From NCBI GenBank assembly GCA_014905635.1, contig JABVCE010000042.1, forward strand, positions 124,001 to 156,763: a stretch of 32,763 nt of DNA, in the 5' to 3' direction. The notes under the pieces are model-generated. The model did no database searches and was not told where the DNA came from. It saw only the letters and a list, made by a program, of their open reading frames with translations. Below, one piece after another: positions 32,678 through 32,763 of the stretch. Within the stretch, counting starts at the first letter, position 1; each line of letters opens with the position of its first letter. This DNA is from Scenedesmus sp. PABB004 (taxonomy: Eukaryota). The translations under genes and the position numbers were made by a program.

Positions 32678-32763
32678 CTGGGCGGCGTGGGCGCAGGCGT
32701 GGGCGCGGGCGCGGGCGGGCGCGTCGGTGCGGCAGCGCCCGCGCGCCACAGCAGCCGCGCGCG

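Noticed and set aside
1..32763. Autonomous transposon, viral insert, tRNA or rRNA
   Set aside because: No transposase, reverse transcriptase, integrase or capsid motifs and no recognisable structural RNA gene seen by eye.

Overview
Extremely GC-rich (roughly 80% by eye), intron-dense eukaryotic nuclear DNA. Gene content (STT7, SEP2, CC2D2A) and short GTGCG...CGCAG introns point to a chlorophyte green alga, probably Sphaeropleales; this taxonomy is an inference. Most long ORFs in the supplied track are GC artefacts or antisense shadows. Manual splicing gives 11 genes: 3' end of a CCDC78-like gene (+), small secreted Cys-rich protein (-), GT32 glycosyltransferase (-), SEP2-like LHC-family protein (+), secreted alpha/beta hydrolase (+), secreted RRLL-motif protein (+), GPI-anchor-like surface protein (-), CNNM/DUF21-CBS transporter (-), single-pass membrane protein (-), 26-exon CC2D2A/MKS6 (+) and 5'-truncated STT7/STN7 kinase (-). 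Main oddities: (1) two oversized STT7 introns carry stem-loop cassettes, a 128-bp tandem array with 19-22-bp arms and a pair of related hairpins whose mismatches are mostly G-U pairs on the transcribed strand, making them candidate intronic small-RNA precursors or a hairpin element family; (2) about 13 of 68 inferred introns use GC donors; (3) frame breaks in CC2D2A, CCDC78-like and STT7 that are most likely assembly indels. Family calls come from recalled motifs, not database searches.
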